A stretch of 64,000 nt of DNA, taken from assembly GCA_045837725.1 (NCBI GenBank), contig JBEWZL010000017.1:1-64000 (forward strand), read 5' to 3'. Source of the DNA: Vermamoeba vermiformis (Eukaryota). Positions 12,987 through 24,231 of the stretch are shown here, piece by piece. The notes under the pieces were generated by a model. The model saw only the letters and a list, made by a program, of their open reading frames with translations, did no database searches and was not told where the DNA came from. How positions within the stretch are numbered: the stretch's first letter is position 1; every line of letters begins with the position of its first letter. The translations under genes were made by a program, and so were the position numbers.

Positions 12987-13454
12987 GTTAAGATCCTTGT
13001 TATATAATACAATACAAATGAAATAATACGAAATACAACAACGAAAACATTTTTCTCGCCTGCCACGTGTTACGGCATTGAGGGGGGAGACATCTCTGAG
13101 TCTAGCCAGCGAGCTATATACGTTGAAAGAAAGCAAAGGGGGTCACTCGTAAACCAAAAAGTATGAAAATAGAAAATCGATCGCGATCTTTGATCAATCT
13201 AAACAAAGCTTGTATTGAAAAGGAGATACTAACGTAGATCCTCCAATGTTAAAGTACCTCTTTTTATTTTAATCCAGTGAACGGCGCAGCTATAAAAACG
13301 AACGTTGCGCTGTTTTCATTCTTCACTTTTTACTTTTTTTCCAACACCACACAATGTGCTGCGTTTACGAACGTGCTATGGGACCATCCATGGCGCTCTA
13401 TATGAGCGACAGGTCCGCCACTTCTGCTTTGGTCCTCTTTTAGAGACCGCCCTA

Positions 13455-14621
13455 ATGAACGCTGTATCCAAGCGAGACAATCTAACTCAACAAAACTTAC
13501 TACTGACCTCTTACGACAAGAGTATTAATATTTAACAACAAATACAACAAGACCTCAACGAAAAGTTCGACCTCGAATCCAACAATAACTCAGGCGCCCT
13601 CGCCAGTGAAGATGTCTCATCCACTTCACACGCCTCCCTCTGTGCCCTACCCGGACCCAGAGCCTATTGACCCTGATGTGCTCGTTCTCTTGGAGCACGA
13701 ATGGACCTGGTGGCATGATGGTATGAGCTCGATCGCGATTTTTTTGGATTTTCAAAAAATTAATTAAAATTATCTAGTGTATCCTGGACCAAATCTGACA
13801 GTTGAAGAGTACGAAGCTTCATTGAAGCCACTAGGTACTTTTGGAACTGTTCAGGTAAGAGATTATTGGGTTGTATTTTCGGTTCGATCCAAATCTGATT
13901 CGCAATTTTTTTCAGGACTTTTGGAGATGGTTCAATAACATGCCTGCACCTGGACAACTCGGAATGAGAATGAGTTACCATATTATGAAGCAAGGAATCA
14001 AGCCTTTGGTAAATATTTGGCTCTTTTTTGTTCTCGATCAAATCCCGAATCTAACTTTGTCCTTTTAGTGGGAAGATATAGAAAACCTCGAAGGTGGAAA
14101 TTTCTGCTTCAAGGTCAAGAAACATGACACGTAAGTTTGATTTCATATTATGAACTCTAGAAAATAAATCAAATCTGATCGTCATTTTCTCGTTCAGTGA
14201 AGAGCTCTGGAAGCTGATGGTACTGGGTGTTATCGGAGAGCAATTGAGTACCCTGCTCGAAGATGATATTTGCGGTGTTACTTTAAGTATCAGGTACGTT
14301 ACAAAGTCAATTTCGACCTCAATTCAAATCCGCTTTCAAATATAACTTATTCTTATCTGTAGACGCGACGAGAATGTAATCGATATATGGAACAAAAATG
14401 CATCGAAGTTCAATCTCGAGAAGGCCGTCAATGCCGTCAAAACGCTCCTCCCGTTTGCGCGCATAGATTCGCCCTGTTACAAAGTGCACAAGCAAGAATT
14501 GGACCACCACAAAGAGGTGACGTCCACGCCTAAGAAAGAGTTCCATAAGAAGGAAAGCCCACGAAAGCGAGCTAGTCCTCCTCATAAGACTCCGAAAGGC
14601 GGCAAAGAGCGAGTACTCTAA
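13455..14621 (+). CDS. eIF4E-family cap-binding protein (start uncertain)
   Basis: LEHEWTWWHD, LGTFGTVQDFWRWFNN, KQGIKPLWED..GG, VIGEQ, DICGVTLSIR, IDIWN. Confidence 0.88.
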
Positions 14622-14764
14622 ATCTCGATCTGATTTTTAGATCTGCTCGGTACTACTATTGCGACCTCGTAGTCGATAGTAGTATTAATTTACGTTTATT
14701 TGGTTTAGAATAAACAGTTTTTAACGTTACAAGTTGTCTTTTCGGTTCGCGTTGGATTTGCAAA

Positions 14765-17278
14765 TTATTTTGGCGGGACAGGAGTTGCAGTCGTGGTTGT
14801 AGTGGTGGTGGTCGTGACGGCAACAGTTTGAGCAGGTTGAGGAACAGGCTGTTGAGGGGGATAGCCTTGTTGAGGAGGAGCATAATAGACAGGTTGTGGC
14901 TGATAGACGGGGACTTGGGGCACGTAGTGAATGGATTCGTAGTACGAGATCAGCTGTCGCGGCACTTCAGCCAATACTTCTTGGGCCAAGGCATAGGGAT
15001 CAGCTTTGTGCTTTCTGAACGGCACGAACTGCACGACGTCGCGTTGTGCTTCTTTCTTGCCGTGGCGCAACTTGCCGCCGTCTCCGTCCAACACTTCCAT
15101 GCTGGAGAAGTTAGCACCACCAACACCGACAATAATGATCGAGATTGGGTCATCAGAGGACTCTACGATCTCCTTGATAGTCTCATCTTGGTCTGTACGA
15201 CAAAAATATTATCAATTTTAGCTCGTGCACGTGTCATTTGTATGTTCATAACATACCGTCAATTTGACCGTCAGTGAGGATCAAGAGCACGTAGTAAGTT
15301 CTCGAAGTGGCTTTAGTGCGCTCAGCAGTCGCTCGCTGTTGCTGGAGGACCTTGGAGAAGTGAGTGGGACCTATTAATGACAGTTAGTACGTGCTTCGTT
15401 CACAGAATTAAGAATTAATCGTACCTGACAAAGTGTACTTGGCCACAGCCTCTTTGTACGTGTTCATTAGTCCTTGAAGACCAACGACTTCAGGATCGTT
15501 GTCGTTTCCGTTCAAAGGGAAGCAGTGATTTGTGCCACCGTTCTTGTAAACACCACCGAATCCGTACAACTGTATCGGCATTAGTAACGCGTACAATCAA
15601 TCGATGAGTTAAACTTACGCCAAATCGTTGATCAGTGTCGTACGGGCACACGATGGAACCAATTTTCTCAATGGCCTCTTGGTACTCGTTCAAAGTTGTG
15701 CCGAGGTAATGCAATGAGCTAGGTTGGCTGGGCGTACTACAAAGCATATTAGAAAATAGGACTTTCAAAAAAAGTTTGCTGTTCTGCTTACCCGTTGGAT
15801 CCGGTGAAGTCGACAGCGACCGTCAAGCTGACTTGAACACCAGATTGCAAGTACTGCAAGAACGAGAAGGTCTGAATGGGCTTGAAGTTGATCTTGAACT
15901 TGCCCGAGTTCTCGTACTTCTTTTTCTTCTTTTGTTTTTCGGGATTGATCACGTCGTATTCAGTGTGACCGTTCAAGATAGCATTGACAGTAGTCTATAA
16001 CAAACTTATATTAGGTCTATGTATTTAATTGGTTATTGTGTATGTGACGTACCGTGAATCGGCCAATCAGATCGTGTTTTCCGACCTTATCCCAGTCCCA
16101 AATTTCGAACAAAAGCGGTCTGTTGACGTCACCGTTGCAAAGTTCGTCCATCTTGATGCTTTCTTCGGGCCATTCAGGGTTCAAAGTGTTCTTGATGATT
16201 TGACTGCGTGATAATACAAATGAATAAAAGTTGGATCAAGAGTCTATTTCACCTTACCTCTTACGCACAAGAATAGGGTTTGTGTTGTCAGGGCGAAGCT
16301 TTTGGATAGTATAGTAAGGGTCTATATCAAACAAGTAACGTTAGAGAACAATTTAGCGGATGTGGGCGTTACGTACCAGACTTTCCGTTCAAGTCCTTGG
16401 CATCCAAGTTGCGTCCATTGCACATGAACCTATTAAATGGATCGTTAAAAAGGCTTACTATATCAATAATAATGAACTTACACCAAGCCACTGAATGGCG
16501 TTGTGTTCTCGAACACTTCTTCAGCTGAGACCGACAAAGTACCGCTGTCTGAGTGCACAACATGATTGGTGCTCGCGCGGCTAATTAATTGTACTCAGTT
16601 AGTGCGAGTTACATATGGCAGCAGTTTTTAGATCTTACCGAATTGGAAGAGTCAAAGGCTTTCCGCGTAACGCAAGCAAATCCGCTAAGACAAATTCCTG
16701 CGATTGAACAAGGTTAATATTGATCGTCTAGTATTTTAGAATATTATTCTATTATTCTAAATGCAAATGCCCAGAATCATCTGCAGTCAGTCTTTAATTT
16801 TCCGTTGGTTGATCTCGAAATTTATTTTTTTTGCATTAAATTTAAAAACACTTACGACGTTGCCAATAGGTTCAACCTTCTTTTCATCGGCATCGCCAAT
16901 GAGAACCAGAATTTTTTGATAAACCTCAAATTTGTATTCGAGTTTAATCGGAGTTTGCCAGACCGGGTTGTGGTTGTTGCTATTCAAATATTAGAATATT
17001 ATTATTACACCATTTGCGCATTGTATTTACCTGATTCTTTCGGTTCTGCCAATCTCCCTAGCCACTTGGTTATTTTCTGAAAGCGAAGCAACCAAGATGG
17101 GGTCAGATTTGGAGAGCAAATCCATTCTGAAGTAGAGTAGTTAGTATTTTTTTGTAATAAAATATTCTAAGTAGAATTCCGCAACGGATGGAGTTGTGAG
17201 TTCTTACCGAGGAAGGTCCTTCGCGCTGAAGCGAAGCTCGATCTTAGGCCGATAAACGGGGTATTGCGGAGTAGCCAT
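14765..17278 (-). CDS. Copine (two C2 domains + vWA) with Pro/Gln/Thr tail
   Basis: MDLLSKSDP, DLNGKSDPY, VAVDFTGSNG, SLHY, ISTDGQID, PISIIIVGVG, QRDVVQFVPF, LAQEVLAEVPRQL. Confidence 0.95.
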
Positions 17279-17617
17279 GACTTGTTGTACACGACAGTCT
17301 AAAATTAAATAAAGAATACATTTCCACGCGCAGCAGATTTTTTTTTTGTGGGCCACAACGTAACGGCAATTTTCGATTTTTCGAGAATTCGAGGGTATTG
17401 CTCTTTCCAAATGCGGTCATGACCGTCGTTCCCTTGAGAATGGAAATTCGAGGTCTTAGCGCTAAAATGGCTAGAAGTAGTCCGCTAGTAGACATCAGAT
17501 CAAGATCTGCTCTCTCAGTCTATGCAACAACGCGAGTATTATTGTAGGGGTAAAGCAATATATTAGAAGTCTTTACATAGTAAGGTATAGCAGTGAATTG
17601 CAAACTAAGCCTGTCCT

Positions 17618-19278
17618 CTAATCGCCTAAAGTCAGGCACGAGTTACATTCAGCCTCGCGTACTTTTTTGAATGAATCACTTGTGCGATCATAAATCCTAT
17701 AATTTGAGAATGTGATGCAGTGGTTGCAGAATATACGATTACACGTTCTGCAATTAATGCAACACTTGTCGCACCCAGCTTCGCGTTCGCACGTATTGCA
17801 TAGGTTGATTGTAGACACTTGAGTTTGACATTTTTGACATTTGACATGTCCGCTGCAGTTTTCTTCGTGGTGAAAGAGGCACGCCATGCACAACTTTCGA
17901 TTGCAGACTGCACAATATTCCACGCAGGTCTTGCAGAACTTCTGATTTTCACATTTTCCGCAGTGCTCAATATCCAGGTCTTTGTTCATATAAACGAAAT
18001 TTTCCTCGCAATGGTGGCACTTGGCAACCTTTAATCCTAAAAGGAAATTTAAATTAGATCCGGATCCACTGAGTACTTATTACGCTTATAAGCACCTTTT
18101 CCAATGCATCCCTGTCTGCAAACTGTCCATTCGCCAATTTTCATCGAACATTTGCGACAAATATGATGCGAGCAGTTCTGGCACAGGTCACTGCATTCGT
18201 CGCAAATTTCCTTTGGACACTGGTAGCACGTTGTAGAGCAACGGAGGTGGTCTTCGTCTTCATAACGTGTGGTGCATATGTATCGCGGCTTTTCGCACTG
18301 ACATTTGATCAATTCCAGAGCGTGGATGCACATCTCAGAATTGCATCCAAAACATTCATGTTTCTCTTTGCAACACGTCTTACACGCCGAAACACCACAT
18401 TTCTTGCAGTCTTTTGAACATGAACCACATATTCGACGATCACAAGCGGAGCAACGGTTGTAGCAGTACTGGCAGAGCGGATGTGGCCAAGCTGCAAAGC
18501 AATTGCATTCTGGCGCATAATGATCTTCATAGCATTGAAGACATAATGGTGTTTTACATTCTTCGCAGCAATAACGTGTGAGCTGACGGCATTCGTAGCA
18601 ACCGAAGTGGTGCGTTAGATGTAGCAGCTTACCGTTGTCCTTCATTCAAAGTATTAGCCACCGTATTTTCGTTATAAATATATTGTACGTGGAATTGTAT
18701 TATACCTTATACTTTGTTAATTTGAGTTTTGAACTAAAAAGCGGATTTGCGTCCACGATCTGACGCCAAAATTTCTTCTCAACCCGCCTAAACTGTTTAC
18801 TTAAGGCACCAAGTCGTATGATCTTCTTCACGTAAGTTAAATCATTCATTTGCCGGAGCGTAAACAGCAAATTGAAGACTGAGAGCAGAACGTCATCTAC
18901 CAAATCTCGGATCTCCACCTGAAAGCTAAATTAAATATGGAATAACTTAAAATAATTCATATGTTATTTAATATTTCTCACATTAATTTTGAGTCGATCT
19001 GTAAAGTGATGTTCGTAAAAGATAGTTGCGATAATTACCTGCTGTTCTGTTTTCCCTTTTTTTAATTTTACTTCGCCATTTGATTTAATTTCTGATTTTA
19101 TCGTAATTTTTGCTTCGGTTGTAATATTATTCGTTGGTTCTTGCTTGATCTCGGATTCTGTTTTTATTTCCTGCTTTATCTTGCCTTCTTTTTTAATTCG
19201 CTTACTCGATCTTGCTACCACATTGTTATTGTATTCATAATCAGGCACACGAACTCGCTTTCTGGCTTGTGGCTCCAT
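17618..19278 (-). CDS. F-box-like + Cys-rich (CxxC repeat) protein, single-module paralogue of 29918-34639
   Basis: Exons splice in frame: Lys/Glu-rich N-terminus; IRDLVDDVLLSVF..LGALSKQFRRVEKKFWRQIV; KLLHLTHHFGCYEC followed by dozens of CxxC pairs. Confidence 0.7.
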
Positions 19279-19363
19279 TTTTAAGGATTGTGCACAAAAA
19301 TTTTATTTGGAAGAATTTATTCGATAAACACATGATTGTTGCGCTGATCTGGTCAATTTCGTA

Positions 19364-20489
19364 TTAAGCCAAATAGACTTTAGCTTCTTGCGGCAAGTAT
19401 CCCTTCTGCAGAGTTTGAATGTCCTCTTCGGTCAATTTCAACGAAAGAGCATTGACCGTATCAACGAGCTGCTCAGGCTTTCTCGTCACACCAACAATCG
19501 GACACGCGCCTTTAGCGATCAACCAAGCAATTGCTACTTGAGCATTGGATACGTTGTATTTTTTCGCGATCTCTTCTACAGCCTTTCGTACTGCTACTCG
19601 GCTAGTATTTTCAGGATCAATCCATTTCGAATTAATGTACTCGCGGCCAGTTTTAAATTCTGTCTCTTCAGCAGAACGGGCCAGAGCTCCTTGGGCTAGA
19701 GGTGAGTACGGAACTAGTGTGACGCCCATATCTTGACATAATGGCACCATTTCTCGCTCTTCTTCACGGTACAAAAGATTGTAGAGATTTTGCATCGAAA
19801 TAAACTTAGTCCAGCGATTTGATTCGGCGACGAATTGCATCTGAAAAAAAACCGGATCAGATCGATCTTAAGCAGAAAAATGGAGCTATTTACACTCGAA
19901 ATAATATGAATATTACTTATTAATTCTAATTTGATACCTTTTGGAATTGCCAAGCGCTCATGCTCGAAGCACCAATGTACCGAACTTTGCCCGCCTTGAT
20001 CAGGTCATGCAGTGCCTCCATCGTCTCTTCAATAGGGGTACTAGGGTCAAATCGGTGTATTTGAAGCACGTCTATGTACGATACTCCAAGGCGTTCGAGA
20101 GATCCGTCGACGGATGCGAAGAGCGATTTTCTGCTAAGTCCACGACCATTTGCCTTGAGCAATGAAGTAGTTTGACCCTCAGTTATTCCATCAGGATGAA
20201 AATAAGCCTTGGTCATAATTACAACTTGCTCGCGTGGTACGTTGTATTTTTGGAGAAATTTCCCGATCACGCGCTCGCTTTGACCAGCAGTGTAATTATT
20301 AGACGTATCAAAAGTATTGATACCAAGCTCGAAAAATGCTTGATGAAGCATTTTCAATGATTCTTCTTCGTTCATGACCCAAGCTGATGAAAAGAGTCCT
20401 TTTTCGGGAGCTTGTTCGCCCAGTGACATGCATCCGAGAATAATTCGTGAGACTTTCAATCCACTTCGGCCGAGATTTGTGTACTGCAT
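19364..20489 (-). CDS. Aldo-keto reductase (aryl-alcohol dehydrogenase/YajO-like), one intron
   Basis: LGRSGLKVSRIILGCM, GINTFDTSNNY, GLSRK..SLERLG..YIDVLQIHRFD, GKVRYIGAS, MQNLYNLLYREEERE. Confidence 0.93.
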
Positions 20490-21149
20490 CTTGTTGAATA
20501 AGCTTTGAATAATTGTGTTAAAATTTGTGCGAGAAGTGAAGGATTGGCTTCATTTAAATACCTGCGTACGGACAAATTATCGCCGACGAAGCATCGAGAT
20601 GGTACTTATTTCTCCGTTTTTCCGTGAAATTATCGGCGCCTATGCAGAATTTTGGAATTTCCTTTTTTAGCTAAATACACTCTGTAACTTACCGTTGATA
20701 GTGATAATTCAAGTCCTTGTTACAAATGTATTGGCGACACATTGGAATATCCAATTTATGCAGTGATATCGTGGTAGGCTATGACAGCCGTCGCAACCAA
20801 AATAATGAGCCAGATGCAACAGTTTTGGGTTATCCTTTCGAGTTCTGAAATTAGATTAACGCTTTTATAATAGTTCGTACCTTGTACCGGATGATTTTGG
20901 CTTCGAATGCAAAAAACTATTTGCTTGCGATGATCTGGCGCAATAATAATTTTTTCTATTTGCCTGAAGTGCGAATCTCAATAACCTTTTTTACGTGAGA
21001 TTATTCATTTTTGGCGAGGTAAATACAATTTAAAATTAACCGAAGAACATCGTCGGGCAGATCGCTCTCCAATTACCTGAAAAGTAATTAATTAATTATG
21101 CGGTTGTTTTTTTTTATTATTATAAATTTTTTCAACAATGATTTGATTA

Positions 21150-21660
21150 ATGGGAGCGTTTTGGAATCGACCTTTGAATTTGATCTTTCTCCGACTTTGC
21201 TGCAGCAAGCGTTACGTACCTTTGCGTGTAAAATGGATTCGACTACGGGATATGTGGTTACCTTGGCAGCATTGTAAACATTAACTAAATAAAAATAACT
21301 CGTTAAGCATTTGGTAATCACAATGAAGCGGATAATCTGCAACAAGTCTTGAGATATTGACGTTGAAGATATTTTGATAACCAAGTGCAGTGTCGTCACG
21401 ATTATCAAGAAAGAGCAATTTGAAAGGCTTTGGGCTATTACGAGCAAGTTCGAAATAGTGATTTGGATCTCGACGAAGAGGATCCGGAAACAGAGCAATG
21501 TTGTACAATACTACGAGTATATTAGAAAAATTGAAACGGTGCGAAGAAACTGCTGAAATGTACAAGCAATTCCACTTCAAGACGAAGACGACATTGCAAG
21601 ATTGGACTTACGAAAACAGACAAGAAAATTGCAAAAATTAGAGAACGGCTGACCAGTAGT
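21150..21660 (+). pseudogene. Degenerate TPR-repeat gene fragment related to the CLU-TPR gene at 24232-27903
   Basis: Fragments in shifting frames: KKEQFE/ALGYYEQV (cf. QRKFEEALAIYEAV), LEKLKRCEETAEMYKQ (cf. LIHLERYAEAAEKFKE), TKTDKKIAKIRERL (cf. QKTKEKIEEIKAKL). Frameshifts and stops lie between them. Confidence 0.5.
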
Positions 21661-21690
21661 AGCCCCCAATAATTTATCATCAGTTTGTTA

Positions 21691-23681
21691 CTAGACGTTT
21701 AAGTCGGTCATACGACTGGTAATAAAATTTACCCCTTTGTACTTGTCGGGCGAAAATGTCTCTACTGGTGCCTCGGCCGGTATGTGCTTCCAGGGTAGTT
21801 GAGAGGCAATTCCTTGCGAAATTAAAGTACTATCAATATCTTGCAGAAGCGTTTCGAGCCTTTCAAAGTTCTTGAATGATTGGTCTAGTCTCTGCGCATT
21901 GAAACCAGTTTCTGTAAGATGTATTCGAGCGTGCATTGGGCCATCTTTGGTCATGTAGCTAATTGCGAGGAAATAGTCATCTTTGCTAGGGTCTCGCAGA
22001 AGATACGAACCAATAGGATTAGACCGCAAGATCTCTTCTGCTTTGTCACTGGAAATACTTCCGTGATAGAAGGTGCTGTACGCGAAGTAACGTAAGTTCA
22101 GGTTGCAACCTAATCTGAAAGAAGACTTACCAAACACTCGGATGAAATAAATCCTTCACCTAACGAATAATTAGTGTCTTTTTGACCGATCTTAAACTCC
22201 ACTTACAACGTGCATTACGCGCCGCATTCCGCCAAATTTGTTGACCAATTTTATCATACTTTCTAGGAGTACGAATTGATCGGTTGGTTGCTTCTGGTGT
22301 AATAGTTCGTAAATATTCTGCCAATAGAGACTGCTGATGGTTCGCAGCTTTTCTAAGTCGACGTAAACATGAGGGCCCATTCGCTTAAGCACCTACGTGA
22401 CCAAATGTTAGGCTTGAAACCCATCAGTTCGGAACCATACCTGAATTTCTTCCAAGAATTTGCCAATGTCATTACTGACGGTGACAACAGGTGATCCATC
22501 ACTTCGTTTGCGCTTTTTTGACTCCTCTTCGGTACCATCAAGGTAATTTAATCCAGGCACAGTGGCATTGCTCGTGGTTAACCTCACGATGTTATTATTA
22601 TTGGGACCTTTTTTGAGATTGTCCAAAGATCCATCGAACTTCTGTATTGCTATAGTTTGAATTTTGTCTAAAATTTGTTGAATAGTATGCCTTCCGAAGG
22701 TTTTGACACAAGGTAGCGATTCAAAGTCCTCTGGGTATTCTACGCCTGTCTCCAAATCTCTCATACGGCGAACAGATGCTCGAACTGTTTCTCTTGCCGT
22801 TGCTCAAACTTCTCGATTTGAATTAACATGTGATTCACGAGTGTCCCAATACCACCTTTCAAACGGTCCACTTTAGCTCTATCACCGTTGAGCGCTCGAA
22901 CGATTTTCTTGAGTTTTGCTATCTTTTGATCTACCTGTGATGTATCGCTGTTGATCGAAGGTGTGACGCCAGGATTGGAAGTTGCAACTTCATACTGCGA
23001 AAATTCAACAGAATTTTCTTCGTTAGTGTCATTTGTCGGAGACGTATGCTTCAGTTTGGGTTTTGGATTGACACTCTTGGGCTTCTTCGGGGTCTCATTA
23101 ACATAAGGCTTGTGAATAACAAAGACAGAGAGCTGAATTCCGTTCTTTGTGGTCCATTGGATGGGGTAAAAGATTGGCCCTGAGTCGCGAAGTTTAGCTG
23201 GCAATTGTTTGAACTTAATTTTGAAGGCAGAAACCGCGCTGAATTTAGGTGCACGGCTGTCAGTTTCTACCGTCCAATGTGCATCGTCTGGCACACAAAT
23301 AGCTTCTGGTTCGTCAATAAAGAACCAAAACGTTTTACGGGAGTCAACTTCAATTGCTGCATTGCAAGCAATACTACGGCGACGCAACTCCGTCTCGAAA
23401 TTCTCTGCTGTTGCTTTTTGTAGTGATGCCGCGGTTGCGTAACGCAATTCTAACAACACGTCAATAAGGTAATGCAGCTGGCCGTCCGCACTTACCCGGT
23501 GGCTGGATCGAAGGCTCTATGGATTGTTCTTCAAACGAATATTCTGCGTCAACTATATAGTAATTGATAAGCAAAGTTTTTGTTGGAGGTTGGTTCGCCT
23601 ACCCATCTGTTCAGGTGGAAACAAGGCGGCGATGTCATCTGGAACATCGAGGCCAACTGAATAAAATTTCTGTGGGTCCAT
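21691..23681 (-). CDS. Protein with unknown N-terminal domain, coiled coil and C-terminal SH2 domain; one junction (~22760) unresolved
   Basis: SH2: FYHGSISSDKAEEIL..GSYLLRDPS..FLAISY..PMHARI. Upstream ORFs are joined by GT-AG introns, e.g. EIQ|VLK and HPSVC|TFYHG. Confidence 0.7.
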
Positions 23682-23790
23682 TTTCGCTTTAAATAATGGC
23701 GTTAGCCCCAGAAGTAAAGGTATAATAATATTATTTCCATAAATCCAGATCTTTTTTTCCACCCCCGTATTTTAATTTGTAATCATAACA

Positions 23791-23830
23791 ATACTATTGT
23801 ATTTAATATAATACTATTGTATTTAATATA
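23791..23830. repeat. Perfect 20-bp tandem duplication ATACTATTGTATTTAATATA x2
   Basis: Read directly from the sequence; lies between the divergent SH2 and CLU-TPR genes. Confidence 0.9.
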
Positions 23831-24231
23831 ATTAATTACTTGCGTAAAAGAAGAAGCGCCGTACAACCGGAATCCGATGCTTTTGTTATAAATTATCGCC
23901 ACTCTTCAGCTCGGGTTGATTAGTTTGCTCCAAATCTCGCTTGTTCTAACTCCCTTTCTCGACGGGTTGGACTGTAAATCCATAAATTCATTTCGCGTGA
24001 ATTCAACAACACGCCAGATCGAGATTTATCTGGGCGCCAAACTGTTTAATTACTGTATCAACAGAAACATAGTACGTACCAATCTAATTTGTACGGTGCT
24101 AATCTCGCCTGAAATTAAAAATATCCTTTTACCATCCAAAAATAATCACGAATTTAGGTAACGTTATGGAAATAAACGCTGTGCACGAGCCCAAAAAAGT
24201 AAGCGCAGATGTTCTTTAATATTTAACAATT

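Noticed and set aside
24121-24130. ATATCCTTT resembling a U12 AT-AC 5' splice site (also at ~59513-59522 on the minus strand)
   Set aside because: No matching branch site or AC acceptor with a coherent exon; the second copy is simply the 3' end of a GT-AG intron.
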